The notes under the pieces are model-generated. The model saw only the letters and a list, made by a program, of their open reading frames with translations. It ran no database searches and was not told where the DNA came from. Of a stretch of 64,000 nucleotides of DNA, positions 47,188 through 61,126 are shown one piece after another. The stretch is taken from contig NW_005434621.1 in assembly GCF_000315625.1 (NCBI RefSeq), forward strand, positions 330,246-394,245, written 5' to 3'. The translations under genes were made by a program, and so were the position numbers. Source of the DNA: Guillardia theta CCMP2712. Its lineage: Eukaryota > Protista > Cryptophyta. Positions within the stretch are counted from its first letter, which is position 1. Each line of letters starts with the position of its first letter.

Positions 47188-48010
47188 ATGAGTTTTCCAA
47201 GGTTGAGGAACTCGAAGCTCCTCCGGCTTCAGCTCCCCTTCTTCAGCTACCTCGGTCCGTCCTGGCCCCTTGCCCTGCCATGCACCCATGACGCTCTTCG
47301 CAGCCTTTCAAGGGAGCACAGCTACCGCCTTCAGGGCGGCATTCGCCCGACCTCCTCCCTCCTCCGCCGTCCAGATGAGTACAAGGTGAGAGAACTCGGA
47401 CATGTGGGTCATCGAGCTAGTGCCAGGGCGAGTTTGTCTCCTGCTGTCCTCTGACGTGCCTCCAGTCAAGGCAAGGACGGCCTTATGTTCGGGCGGTTCT
47501 TCATACCCGAAGACCATATCTTTTATCGGTCGCCGTCCGGCCTGTCCGCCGCATTCGTGAACCTCCGGCCGATCGTCCCCGGGCATGTGCTGGTGGTACC
47601 GCAGCGGGTAGTCGACAGGGAGAAGGAGCTGGATGAGGAGGAGTCCCTGGACTTGTGGAAGACAGTGCGAGAAGTGGGTCATAGGGTGGAGGAGGAGTAC
47701 AAGGCCTCAGCGCTGAACATCGCTGTGCAAGACGGGAAGGCTGCCGGGCAGTCTGTCCCTCATGTTCACTTTCACATCCTGCCGAGGGCGGTCGGGGACT
47801 TCGAGAGGAACGACGACGTGTACGACAAGGTTCGGCGAGGTTGCAGGGATATCCTTGCATGTAGTGTGACATGATGTGCAGATCGAGGAGTTTGATGCTC
47901 GTCCAACGAAGCTGCACGTGCCGGAAGATTCAGAGCGGAAGGACAGGACGTTCGAGGAGATGAAGGAGGAGGCAGGGAGGCTGAGGAGGTTGTTTGCGGT
48001 GAATACATAA
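47188..48010 (+). CDS. FHIT: Bis(5'-adenosyl)-triphosphatase, HIT family
   Basis: AFVNLRPIVPGHVLVVP, IAVQDGKAAGQSVPHVHFHILPR, DFERNDDVYD; last exon ...RTFEEMKEEAGRLRRLF..* at 48010. Start uncertain. Confidence 0.9.
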
Positions 48011-48060
48011 AATGAAATGATTATGCTATTGAAAGATCTCGTCCATCAATCAAAACACAC

Positions 48061-49702
48061 TCATCTTAATGGAGAATAAAGTATGCTGTTGAGGTCAGTC
48101 CTTGTTCTATATTTACAGAGCTGCAGGCCTAGATAAGTCGCAGATCCCTCTCGATCGAGGACATCTGGACCCGATCGCTCGTGTCTGCATCTACATTGTA
48201 CGATCTCATTCCCCTGCTCCAACAAGTCAACATGCATCAACATCAGCGCCAAATCTCTCCACCTGTTATCCTTTTCCACCTTCTCCTGACCCTGGGAGTC
48301 GCTGGACTTCCCGTCCTTGGGGTACTGGTCATACACACCAATGTCTCCCGCCATGGCTGCACAATCATCAGCGTCTCATCCAGCCTGCAAGCACGCGGCG
48401 GCACCTCTTTCTATCGATCCCTTGGGAAGAAGGTTGTATAGAAGAACTATGGCTGACCCCACCAACACTATGAAGATGGCGCCGTAGTACGCCCATCGGT
48501 CTGCGTCCGCTGTCGCCACCAACATCAGGTCAGCTGCCGTCTACTCCGACTCTCCGCGCGCACCTGAATCGACCGCGTGCGCCTCCCGGTCCCCCCCGAC
48601 GTCATCAAGCCCGTTCTCCAACCTTGTGATCGGCGGCACGGAAACCTGTCCCCCTTCTGAAGTTGCGACGTACTTCATGCGTACACGTCAGCAAAGCTGC
48701 GCTCACAGCAAACGCTTCTCACCTCGCCATCCCCAGCATGCACCTTCCTGATGGCTTCAGCAAAGTGCTGGTTGGGTGTAGAGGAGGATTGAGGAGCTTC
48801 AGCAAGACCCATCATGGGGTACATGGAGGGCTGAACGTTCCTGAGCGAAACCACACGGTCCTGTCCTCGATACTTGAGGACCGGTCTAGCTTGCTGAGAA
48901 ACTTTCGAGCTTCTCGCAAGAGACTGAGTCCTTGGCCTGGATCCAACAGTGATGTAGGAATCGTCTGTGTGAATCATTCCTCCTGGATGTGACGCTGCGA
49001 GAGCGACTGCCGCCTTTCCGGACAACAGCCGCTGCTTCCCCCTTACGGCTAGAGACTGAGTCTTCAACGCCTTCTCGGCCTGAGTGCCCTGCATCTCCTG
49101 CATCTCCTCTTCGGAATATTCATCAGGGGGGCTTGCGGGAGTTTGGTAAGGTGAAGAAACGCCAAGGTCCGCTTCCTGCAGAGACTTCAGAACAATCCCC
49201 TCCCATGCTGTCAAGGTTCTCAAAGACTATATTTCACCTCTCCTGCCATCCATGGTGGTTTTTGAGTCATGAAGACCGAAGTCACCACGAGCACCAGCCC
49301 GAATACGGCTAGGGCCGTGAAGAACTGCAATACGAGTCATAGAAGCCAACAGACTCCAATTATTTGGAAGATATTCTAAGCTTGCAGCCTTGTGCAAATG
49401 ACCGCACATGTTGCTATCAATCGCACTTCCCTAGTCCTTTTCTTTGATACATCAAACCTATGCTGCTCATTCCTTCCAATTTATTTGCGACAACCTTTAC
49501 CTCTTCTACGTTCACTTGTATCTGCTTTCTTTCCATTGCAATCTTCTCCTTGCTTCCTCACTCCCTCTCCTCGTTCCCTCTCCTCCTCTCCTCCTCTCCT
49601 CTCCCTCCCACTCTCTCCCACACTCCTCCTCTCCTCCTCTTCTCTCTCCCTCTCTCCTCCTCCTCCTCTCACCTCCGCCTGCGTCGGTTCCTTGAACGCC
49701 AT
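48061..49702 (-). CDS. Hypothetical membrane protein, multi-exon
   Basis: TM-like segments FFTALAVFGLVLVVTSVFM and WAYYGAIFIVLVGSAIVLLY; ORFs 48675-49223 and 48061-48354. Confidence 0.5.
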
Positions 49703-49831
49703 GACGAAGAGCCAGCCCAGACGTTACACCGCAACGGATTTAAACGTTATTTCCGTTACAAATTTTTAGTGCCTAGCAGCCGATTGTGATTGACCAGCAC
49801 CCGGCCAAGATAGCAGCAGCTAGCGGGGGGG

Positions 49832-52800
49832 ATGGCGGGGGCGAAAGGACGGGGGGCGACGCGATGCCGTGCCCGAGGGCGTCCGAGAGGGAGGAAGAAG
49901 ACGAGCGAGAGAGGAGAAGAGCTGGAAAGCTGTGTGGAAGCGTCGGGTCAGGAGGGAGAAGATGAAGACTCTCAGGATTTTCTCAAGACAGGAAGCAAAT
50001 GGATTGGAAAGCGGGTAAGCTTACTTGGCAATGCGAACGATGCCGGGGTTTCCTGAAATCTTGAATGAGTCTGAGAGGATGATTGAGACCTGTTCTCTGT
50101 TGTTCTTATCTGGCGATTCTTCGTCGTGAATGAGGTTGTTCAGGTCAGAAGGATGATCCTGGACGACGATGGCAAAGAGATCGGCTACGGAAAGGGCGTG
50201 GTGAGAGATGAAACATCAACGTCTGGATTTCTCATTTCTAACTATCATTTCATCTTCAAGGTCTTATCCTGGTTACCAGCGTCCATTTCTGATTTCTACA
50301 GCGAGGTTGCCCTTGTTTTTGTATGTCCAAACTATGCCTTAACACTTTATTAAGGCTACTGGAGAACCGGCTCCTTTGTTTCGTATTCGCTTTGACGAAG
50401 TGTCGATCAACGATATTCGGTGAAACATCCTGCAAGTTTTAGATCACGCAATGTGATTGTGCTCCGAAAACAGACGCCCTTCCTCAGAAATGGGATATGA
50501 AGACTTGGAGGAGTTCGAGGTTAGACAAACCTTTCGATGCTTTACAAGATCTCAGAAGTGTGACTTCATCTTGTCTTCGTTGCGTGAGCAGGTGGAGCTT
50601 GCAGTGAAGCAATACAATGAGATCAAGGATCCCTTCTCTTGGTATGAATGTCGCAAGGAGAACGAAACGCCTCAGCAGATAGCGAAGGTACCGGTGTGGT
50701 TTTTGGTCGATCGTTTGCAAACTTTCCCCCCAGATATTCGGCATTAATGTAGATGCTCTTGTCAATGTCAACAAGAGATATTACCCTGCGCTTCTCCGAA
50801 ACTCGAAACTGAAAGACCGGACGTGAGTTTTCCATCACATCGAGATTCGACGTTAACACAAAGTGCAGGTGGTTGCTGATTCCACCACTTCATAGCTATC
50901 GGGGCAGGAGGAAGCCGAACTCTGTTGGGGCTGAGAGAGATCAGGAACAAACTGAAGCAGAAAGCACAGGAGGAGACTTTGGAGGGGAGGAGAAGGGGAG
51001 AGATTTCAATTCGGCTCAGTACGACAAGGAATTCCTGCGGAGAACGAGGAACAGCGATAAGAATGCTCTTCACTTTGGGAAGGAGAACACGCTTCTAGAC
51101 CAAAAGAGCGAAAATGATCAATATAAGTCATCTTGTGAGAACGTTGGCAGGAGAAAGTCTAACTCGCGAAACCAGCGTCAAAAACCGGAACCGGTTTGTA
51201 GCCGAGACCAGCGTGATGTGATTTGAGTCTGACGCTGATGCCCAGGACGAGGAGTTTGATCTTGAGACGTGTGTAAAGAGCAACATGATGAGAAACGATG
51301 GGTGGATGTCATTTGAGCTGGATGGAAAGAAATATCAGGCGAAGATTGTGAACGAGGGCATGCATCTCCAGTTGTGCAATGGCAAACAGCACGAATTCCG
51401 GACCTTGTCTTCCTTAGCCAAAGTTTTGATCGGGCACGATCCTCCCTGCAAGGTTGGGTTGGACTGCTGGTACTACAGTGAATCTAGAGAAGGGATGGGG
51501 ATCTCTATCGCTGAGATCTGGATGAAACTGAAGAACGAAGGGTCTGAAACTTTGCTCTTTGTGGCAAACAGCTTTGACCCCTCAGCTGGGATATACGAGA
51601 TCGAGATGCAGAGCGAGCAAGACTGCTGCGAAACAAAGGTGAAGGAAGACATCGAAGGTCACAGCCTCCTTGATGAGCATGAGGGAATGAAATCAAACGC
51701 CTCCGAGGCATCCTGTGCAGATGGAACTTGTGAGGACCCTAGTGTGGCTGAGAAAGGATGCGATGATGACAAAGAGTCCGATGGCCCGCAGTGTTCTGAT
51801 GCGAGATCTTGCTCAAGGGGAAGAATCCCTAAACGGGAGATTCTAGATTTGATGGGGATCAAGGAGAAAGGAGGCTCGAAAGCAAAAAACGACGCCTTTG
51901 CTCAGCGCGACGCCTTCGGCATTTTCATCTATCAACCAAGCGATTCAAGCTCAACCATGTCTGGAATGAACGGCAAGCACGTGAGATTCGCCAACTTGCT
52001 GGAGGAGGTGATGACAGTCTTGGAACGAGTGGAGGGGGCTGATTTTGGTTGTCATTCCCAGGTTGTTGCTGAAGTTGAGAAGAGGGCCAACGAAACAGAC
52101 GGCAGGTGGACTCGAGGGCTACACAAGAAGACTTCCGATCAGATAGCAGAACAGGTGAAATCGACGGACACTCTGAACGATCCTGACCACTGCTGTAGCA
52201 TCTCAAATCCAAGCAGAAGAACAAGACTAGGAGCTCCATGCGGTCAATCTTGAAACCTTTCAAGCAGGACCAGTGAGCCCTTTGAGATGTCGTGTGGTAT
52301 CAAGACATGTTGGTGATTGATTGAATCAGGCGCGAGAAGTTGGAAGGTCAAAAATATTCAAACCTCTTCGGCCTTAGCGCCCGAAACACAACGGAGAACA
52401 AAAAGCTGCTGAGGAGCTGGAAAGAAGATTTGGACTCGGAAGAAGCATCAACATCAGAGAAATCTCCTCCGCCCGGAAAGATTGAAAACCTGTATGTTGG
52501 TGAAGATATCAAGTGCGAGGTGAGTGCATTTCAAGGACATTTTTGCATCATGCTCCCTGTATCCCAACTAACTTCAACGGCTCCAGATTTGCATGGACGG
52601 GCAGGACGAGGAGAACCTTCTGTTGTGCGACGGTTGCAACAAAGGGTTCCATATCTTCTGCCATCAACCTGCGCTTGAGGAGATTCCGGATGGGGAATGG
52701 CTCTGCTCTAGCTGTGCCTTCGTGAGGAACATCGAGTGTGAGGTCTGCAGGAGGAGGGACGGAGAAAACGAGCTGATCTTGTGCGACCGCTGCGACAAGG

Positions 52801-55800
52801 GATGGCACATGAAGTGTCTCGATCCTCCTCTCCGCTGCGTTCCGCAGGAAGAATGGTTCTGTGAGGCATGCAGCGACGGACGGGAGGGCAGCGGGAAGGT
52901 TGTTGAGGAGTCGAACGCTGTCAAACGTGTGACGCAGCGGAAGAAGAAAACCAAGAAGGGGGCAAAACGAACCAAGAGGAGAGGGTCTTCCAACAAGGTT
53001 CGGGACATGTCCGAAGACAAGGAAGGGGAGGAGGAGGAGGAGAGTTTGGTGGAGAAGGAAGAAGACGACTCCATTACCTTACAATCATCTTGCGAATATG
53101 ATTCGGACATCACTTCGGAGACGTCAGATAACAGCAACAGGCCTACGACTACAGCTGTCACCGAGGTTGGTCATCTTGGTTCAGAGCAGGCGATTTCTAA
53201 GGAGCTCGATGCGGATGAAGAGGATAGCGAGTTGCACGTCAGCATGGAGCTCGATAGCGGCAACCAGACCTCGCCGACCTCGCCTGAAGCTGCCCAAGAG
53301 GGCCCGAAGCAAGTCTCAAACGTTGACAACACACTAGGTGTTGATTCATCTTCTGCAAGGTTCGACAGCATTGTCGAGGAGAGAGTCTCCCCCGTGTTGG
53401 TTAGCAAAGTCAGGAGTTACCGGAACATCTCCAAGAGGCGATTGCAAAGAAACCTTTCTCAAGATTTGAAGGCCGCCTGTGAAACAAGTTGCAGCCAGAC
53501 AGTCATCACAGATGTTCACAAGGAAAATGACAGCATTCAAGAGGAAGCTCTCAGTCAGGGGAGCGGGGATTCTGTGTTGCCTACAAGCTCTCAGGATCAG
53601 AATTTGCAAGAAAAATCACAAGTTGACGAGTTGCCTGACAAACTACAGGATCCAGCTCAAGAGGTATCCGCTGCAGTCAGAGTGGATGATTCAGATGAGA
53701 CAGACGCAAATGAAAAGGTGCAGGAGACAGAACTTCAACCTTCATCCCCTGTCAGTGAATCCTCCAGGGCCGATGTAGATGACTCAGAGAGAGAAATCCT
53801 CTCATCTCCTTTTGTCAGCGAGAAATCAACCCCTGCAAAACAAGCGAACGGGCCTGTTGCTTTCTCGTCTGTCAGCCCCGTCAAATCATTGAATTTGGCT
53901 GCTCAGATGCTCGCAAACTCTCAACAGATCCACCCAGAAGATGAGGAACAAGAAAAAGAAGTTGCTCCTACTGCCGACTTCAACTTTCATGATGGCTGCC
54001 AGCCTGACAGAGATCAATCTGTTTCTATTCCGTCAACAACAAAAGCAGAAATCTCGGAAAATGAAAATGGAGAGCAAGAAGATCAGCTGATGGATGAAGA
54101 GGAGCTGGAGGAGGATTTGAGTTCGAGGGCAAGTGAGGAAGAATCGTTTGAGATCATTGAGCTCTACATGTCGCAGAAGGAGATGAAGTTCCCTATGACG
54201 GAGGTTGAACCTCCCAACACCTCGCATGATGCATCAAGGCTTGAAGACGATGAAAGGATTCTCGAGCCTGTACTTGCTAAGTCGGAACCAGCCTCTTCGG
54301 AGAGGAAACAAGACGAAGTAGCGAGAGGAGGGGTGCATGACGAGACCACTGTTGAGCTGAATGTTTCTCAGAGGATAGAGTCGTTACATTTGGACGATGA
54401 GAATCATGGTCAGGTGCAATCTCAATTTGAAATTACCAGGAAACAATCTGCATGCATTGTTGGCAACAGGGAGCTCGATGAACAAAATCCGAATCAACAA
54501 CTTTCCCAGACTTCACCTGGTTGTCATGCTGTTGACCATGAAGGCGACAAGAATGCGATGGACCAAAAGGAGAGAACTCTTGGTTCTGTCGCGCATGTCG
54601 ATGTAAGCAACATGCAGGATAGTTCTCAAACTTCCAATGTTTCTCAAATCTCCAAAGAGGAAGGCAGTTCTGGACAGTACAATTTTCGGGATGGAAGATG
54701 GAATTTTGCCGTAGATGCAGAGAATCTCAAGATTCGGATTAGTCCTAAAGTCTTCGATAGTCCGCTGGTCCGTCCATGTCAATCAGACGAACCTCGTGCT
54801 GAACCATCTTTTGGTCAAGACGGAGAAGACCAACATCGCAGTATCTCGCAGCTCTCCGACAGACTCTCAACCAAGAGCTCTTACAGGATTTTCTCGATAG
54901 CCGTTGATCAAGACAGCCCGTTCAAGAACCACTATTTCGCTGATCGGACATGGAAGTTCCGAGTAGAGGATGAGGCAGAGAAGCTAAGGATTGTCGTACG
55001 CCCGAAGCGCAGGAAGATCAGTCACGATGGCATGTGGGACGATTCCAATCTTCAGCATGACAGTCTTTGCACGTCAATACCATCGAAATCTGGTGACATT
55101 GACAGACTGGCGTCAAGTCCTTACGCAGATTTTCGTTTTGCCGATCGGACTTGGAAGTTCAAAGTGAACGAGGAGGCGATGAGGATCAGAATCTATCCGA
55201 AGAGGAAGAAAAGGAGCCTGGAGCTCGAGGCGTGTGATTGGAATGAAAATCATCACGATCATGACGCGAGGTCGGACTGTGAGTCGACTGCTGAAGGCAA
55301 CAAGGAGCACGTAAAAGCTGAAAGGATTCCGCATACTCCACAGCCACTGGGCACTTTGACCGAAGGAAAGATCGAGAGGCTGAGAGCAGCGGAGGAGGGC
55401 GGAGAGAAGGCAAGGGAACATGCGCGAGAGAAGACCCAGCCTTCCCCCAACCTGCCGCGGGAAAAGCCTCTCAGGTTGGAGGACATTAGAATCCCGAAGA
55501 AGAAGCACGTGGATAAGCCGATGTCGACCTTGCAGGATGCAGCGAAGGATTCGCAGGACAGCAGGAGGGGAGCTGAGCGGGATGACCGTCATCGTAATCG
55601 CCCTGATATCTCTGCGCGACTGCATGACCTAGCTTCACCTCAAGAGTTCAGAAGCCAGAGGAGGGAGCGCGACTCTGTATTACCCTCGCAGCATAACAAC
55701 TTCTCCGATGCTCCGCATGACTCGTCGTCAAGAGATCCGCCCCGCAGTGCGGCAGCATCATCATCAGCAGCAGCAGGTGATTCGTGGTCTTCTAGCGCGT

Positions 55801-56699
55801 CGGCAGCCAGCAGGGACATGCCGTCGCGGAGGCATTTCCTGCCTGCTTACCTGAGGAACACGTTGGAAATGTTCCATCGAGACAGTGGGACGCAGGCGCA
55901 GGAACAGATGCCGAAGTTGCTGAAGGAGGAGGCAGACAAGAAGAAGGAGGAGATCTCGCAGCAGATCCAACTCCATGAGACGAAGCTTGCAGACAAGATC
56001 ATGCAGCTCTTCAAAGGGAAGGGTGTGGGAGGAGTGAGCGAGCCCACCGGCGGCAACAACTCACTCATCGGATGGCTCACCTCTCGCTACCGCAAGGAAC
56101 CAGCGCAGGAGGTCTGTGAGCGACCCGACGAACTGCCGCATGCAAGAGAATCTCAACAGCTACAGCAGCAGAACATTCGACAGCAGCACCAGCACCAGCC
56201 CAAAAATCTTCAGCCCCAGCATGTTCAGCCCCAGCATGTTCAGCGTCAGCCACTTCAACATCAGCCACTTCAACATCAGCCTCTTCAACATCAGCCTCTT
56301 CAGCATCAGCATCAGCATCAGCATCAGTCTCCTCTCCAGCATCGTCCTGTAGCAGCTGAAGAACGAGCGCGATCAAGAGATCGAAGTCCTGACCCTCACC
56401 ATCGCTGGAAGGCCAGGCATCCAGCACCCCGTGAGGGAGACGGCAGAGGCTACACCAGGAAGTACCGGCAACCCACTCCTCCGAGGTCTTGGCATCCCAA
56501 GGCTTCTTATGAGGACCGGAGGCCCAGGGAGTCTTCCTGGAAGTACGACTCGTACGACTCCTACCGGGGCAGGGATAGGATGGAGGAGCCAGCTCATGAG
56601 CGCGATCGGAGGGACTCGTGGTCGAGGCCGGGTTACGACTGCAGGTACGTTGACTCGTCTCCCCACCACTCCCAGTGGTACCGAGGGGGACCGGTGTAA
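49832..56699 (+). CDS. Large chromatin reader: Tudor-like + RAMA-like + tandem PHD fingers + long disordered tail
   Basis: Spliced N-terminus WIGKRV/RR...GKGV/VLSWLP...LFRIRFDE...EDLEEFEV. RAMA-like segment in ORF 51285. Two C4HC3 PHDs (CEICMD...CDGCNKGFHIFC...WLCSSC; CEVC...CDRCDKGWHMKC...WFCEAC). Confidence 0.8.
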
Positions 56700-56750
56700 G
56701 TTTAGTTTTCGTTTCTCTCTTCTCTTGTTTAGTTCAGGTTTAGTTTAGTT

Positions 56751-57992
56751 TCAAGTCGAGCTTCCCTTTCTAATGTAGTTTCCGTCGCCATCCTTCTTGT
56801 CAATTCGAATGACCTTGATGTTGAAGAGGAGGGTCTTGTCAATGAGCCCCTTGTTGAACAGGACCTGCGGACTACCAGTCACTCCTCCTCCCCTTCTCCT
56901 CTTGTCCTCTATCTTACAAAGTTGAGAGCTCTCTGGCCGTCAAAGGTCGATGGCTTCGGGCCGACCTGAGTTCAACCCGGTTACCATCACTGAGATCAGC
57001 GCATGGGTGCAGCACCCGAGTATGGGAAGGATCGTCCTCGGGGTACCCCAGCTCAGGGGTGACGACAAGCTGTCGAATCCCCCCAACTTTCATGCCCTTC
57101 AGCCCTTCCTCAAGGCCAGGGATCTGGAGAAAAGTTTGAGCTGGTGAACCGCGGCGGCTGCAAGCAAGTGCCTTACCACAGTGTGGCTGCCGAGGACACA
57201 GCGTTGAAAGTCTGTTGAGGGTGAGCAGGGAGGAAACGAGAGGAACAGGAGAGCACCTGTCTCGTCGGCAAACGCTCCTCCCTTCACGCCATTCTTAGCT
57301 TGAAAGATTCTGCCGTAGTAGCCGATAGTGTATCCTTCCCAATCGAAGACAACTCGGTCGCCGTCCTCCGGGCTCTCACCATTGCCGACCTTGACATCCT
57401 TGTACTGCAGACCTGAGGGCGTGGCAACGAAGTCCGGGTACTTCATCTTGGTCTTGCCGTAGTCCTTGCCCTTGAGTGCAGGCATGCTCACGATTTCACT
57501 CTTGTCCGGCAACGAGCCTTCTGCTCGCGTCAAAGCAGTAAGAGGTGAAGTCAAGGAGTTTATAGAGAGAAGAAGAGAGCATCCAAGAGAGCGCATAGTC
57601 AATGAGATGAAAATTTGACCATCCAAACCACATCTATCACACCGCTGCTCACCTGGGAGGAAGTTTGGCTTCGGCTGGCACTCCTTACGAGCGCAAGTAT
57701 CAGCATTGACGTCCTCGATGGGGAGAAGGAAAGAAGTCGCAAGAGCGAACGTCATAGCAGCTATCGAACCTCTGCGTCCCATCCCCTCGCCGTCCTTGCT
57801 CGCATGCAGCATCCGAACTCCACCGTACTTGCGATCCGGAGCTTGAGCAAAGGCTCTTGAAGGGACAGGAAAGGCAGCAGAGCGAGGAACGAAGGGAGAG
57901 AAAGAAGATGCAGGAGAAGGAGCAAAGAGGAATGAAGAGCTCGATGAGGAGCTCGCCATGACAGGCGCACTGAACGCCATGCAGCCGGCCAT
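56751..57992 (-). CDS. FKBP19: Plastid/thylakoid FKBP-type peptidyl-prolyl isomerase, FKBP19-like
   Basis: GKDYGKTKMKYPDF..SGLQYKD..FDWEGYTIGYYGRIFQAKN..KGGAF; last exon GLIDKTLLFNIKVIRI. N-terminal MAF-SAP, Ser-rich transit-like stretch and twin-Arg-like GRR. The signal-peptide exon was not located. Confidence 0.85.
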
Positions 57993-58152
57993 CCTGCTGT
58001 CTGAATACCAACCCCCACCTGTACAATTGGATACCCGCCCTGGTCGACATAGATAGAAACATATAGTAAAGTACCGGTCTTTGCAGAGAATTGATAGCAC
58101 CCCACCCTTGAATCTTGTTTATATGAGGCCGCTCATCGGACGGTTTCAGAGC

Positions 58153-58172
58153 AGTTACCGTTAACGGTAACT
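58153..58172. promoter_or_regulatory. 20-bp perfect palindrome with two MYB-type TAACGG cores in a divergent promoter
   Basis: agttaccgttaacggtaact between divergently oriented FKBP19 and PPIL6-like genes. Confidence 0.5.
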
Positions 58173-58660
58173 CCAACGGCCGGAACCGTTGGAGACGAAA
58201 CCTGAGAGCGCCATGCAGTGGATGGGAGGTGGAGAAGAGCGAAGATGGGAGGGGGAGAGGGGAAGGGGAAGAGAAGGAGACGTGGGGATCGGTGCATTGA
58301 TTCTTGCGATCTCTGTCTCAGAAGGAGCATGGCATGCAGGCTGAGCTTCCTAACACTCCTGAACTTCATCATCCTCCCCATGTTGAGAGTGCGTGCTTCG
58401 AGGAAAATCAGCCCTCATTCGATGTGATGTGACTTGATGACTTGATGATTGATCCTTTAAAGGATAAAGGAGCGATAGGTTGTATAATCACTCTCCCGTT
58501 GCAAAACCTCGCCATCATCGAACACAGAGAGGAATCGACATGCTGCGATGAAAGTGTACTGTTATAGCCGGCTGACAGTGGTTGATCAGGAAATAACTTG
58601 ATGTCAAGAAGATCGCATTGAGTTGTCTACTCTGCAAGAACTTGAGAGCTGAACAACGAG

Positions 58661-61034
58661 ATGCCGAATAAGCTCGTGGTTGTGAAGCACAATGTCAACT
58701 ACCCATCTTTCTCCCAGTGGGCTGCTCATCATGCTGGAACAGTAAGCCTGCTTCAACTGCGCTCTACCACGCTGACAACTCGCGTGTTTTTTGTCTGCTG
58801 TGTAGGCTCAAGATCAGTGCCAACGTCTCAAGTCCGTCAGAGCCATCATGTCTTCGCAGTGCGTCAAGAACTTGCCCGGGGTCATCGGATTGTTCTGCAT
58901 TCGGGAGGAAGATAAAGACGCGTTCTTGCCAGGTTACTTGTCGCAGGATTTCGCGCCCAACACAGATGTAGATGAGAAGACGTATGAGATCGACCTAGAC
59001 CTTGGTTATGGTGGCGGCATTGCCATGAGGAAATCCTCCATGATGATCTGTGAGCTTGCGCTGCAAATCCCTTACGAGGAGTGGAAACAAGTTTTCATGG
59101 AAACACACAAACAGTTGTACCTGGACATCTCTAAGGCCTTTGTGTGCCCGACTGGCGAGAAATCGTTGTTTCTGTGCGTTCTGTTCGACCGGGAGAGGCT
59201 GCTAGAGGTTCAGAGGCAGCACGACGTCACGAAACCGTCCATGTTCAAGCAGTTCGTTGAGGACGGTATCGTCAAAGAGATCGAGTACATCGATTGGCAC
59301 AGCCAGGTTCCGATTGCATTCGACTACTACAATAAGTCCGGCCCCACTCAGCACCTGAAGATCATCGGGAAAGTCAACGACCCGCTGCTGGCCAAGATGA
59401 TCGCTGCTTGTGAATTCTTGAAGCTGCACCAGGAGACCTTCTCCTACAGCCAGGACAGTTTGATCGAGAGCGAGTTCCTCGTTGCTGTAGCCGAGCTGGT
59501 GCAGAAGTTTGAGGGCAAGGCAAGGGATCACCTGCGCATGCACGCTGGCGGGCCGCTGGTGCTGTGCAACGGGGAGTACGTCGGTTGCATCCGGGAGTTC
59601 GAGAAGTGGGCAAGCGAGATGTACGAGTACCAGGACAAGACGCCGGACTCCTTGTACGCTGGGAGGGCTAGGAAGAGCCTTGCCAGCTACATGCAGAGCC
59701 GAAGCGCCGAGTGCGACTTTGTCTTCATGGACGTGGCGTTCAGAGATGGAGAGACCGAGAAGGAGGTGAAGCCAAGAATCATCATCGAGCTGTACAAGAC
59801 GATCGCGCCCAAGGCTGTGCAGAACTTCAAGTCCATGTGTGAGGGCGCATACAGAGGGTCGAAGTTCCACAGGGTCGTGACGCGTGGCTGGGTGCAAGGA
59901 GGAGCTGTGGGGAACGAGTCGATCTTCGGGGGCACGTTCGAGGACGAGAGCTTTGCGGTGAAGCACAGGGGAGCAGGAGACCTGGGCATGTCCAACACGG
60001 GCCCTCACTCCAACGTTTGTCAGTTCTACATCTCACTCGAGAAGCTGTCATGGCTGGACGGCAAGAACGTGGTCTTCGGTCGAGTCGTTGACGGCCTCAA
60101 GGCGGTGAAGTTCGTGGGGAAGGCCCAGGTTCAGCCTTGGAACCAGAAGCCGCTGCTGGATCACTACATCGCCGACTGCGGTCTATTCCGAGACGCGCAG
60201 TCGCTTTCCAAGAAGCCTCTGCTGCAGAAGCAGGAGGAGGCGAAGGAATCGCAGGCTGCGCAGGGCGGAGGAGAAGGGGCAGGAGGGGAGGCGGAGGTGG
60301 CGAAGGCCAAGGGGGAGGCGGGTGGGGAAGGGGCCGAGGGGCCGGGGGAGGCTCCAGGACAAGCCCAGCAGATCTCAGACATGAACTCGTCGTATGATGA
60401 AGCCATGCAGCAAGCGGCTCTGAAGCTCCAGGTGACTTGAACCTCTTCCAGCACCGCCGCCTCCACATCCTCCCCGTCATCCTCCTCCTCTGCTTCCACC
60501 CACCTCTTCAACCCCCCATCCTCTCAATCTCCTCACCCACTTCTCCCTTCTCTCTCCTTCTCCCTCACTCTTGATGCAGACGGCTGGTAGAGGATTCCTG
60601 GACAGGTCGCGCGTGAAGAAGGAGATAATCCTAAACTTCTCCGAGCTCTTTGAGAACGTCAGCGCGGATAAGCTCTGGAGCATCTTCGGAGATTTCTTAG
60701 GTGTCAACACGAGCATTGGGCAGGAGGAAGAGGAAGGGAGGGGATGGAGAAGAAGACAGGCAGAGGCAGAGGGAGAGGGAGAGCGGAGAGCAGAGAGCGG
60801 AGAGGGAGGGAGAGAGGGGCCTAACTTGTTTTGCAGCTCCTGTACTGCAAGAAGCAGGTGTGTACAAGGAAGTGAAGGCAGAAGGTCAAGTCTCCCTCGG
60901 CTGCAAGCGAGTGGTGGTCCCCATGAAGGGATGGTGGACAGACGTTGAGAGGGAGGAAACCTTGGTATCTCTCAACCCCTCAAAGAGATGGCTCTCAGTC
61001 TCTGTTACCGGGTGAGCTCTACACCCCCTCGTTC

Positions 61035-61126
<92 letters not shown>

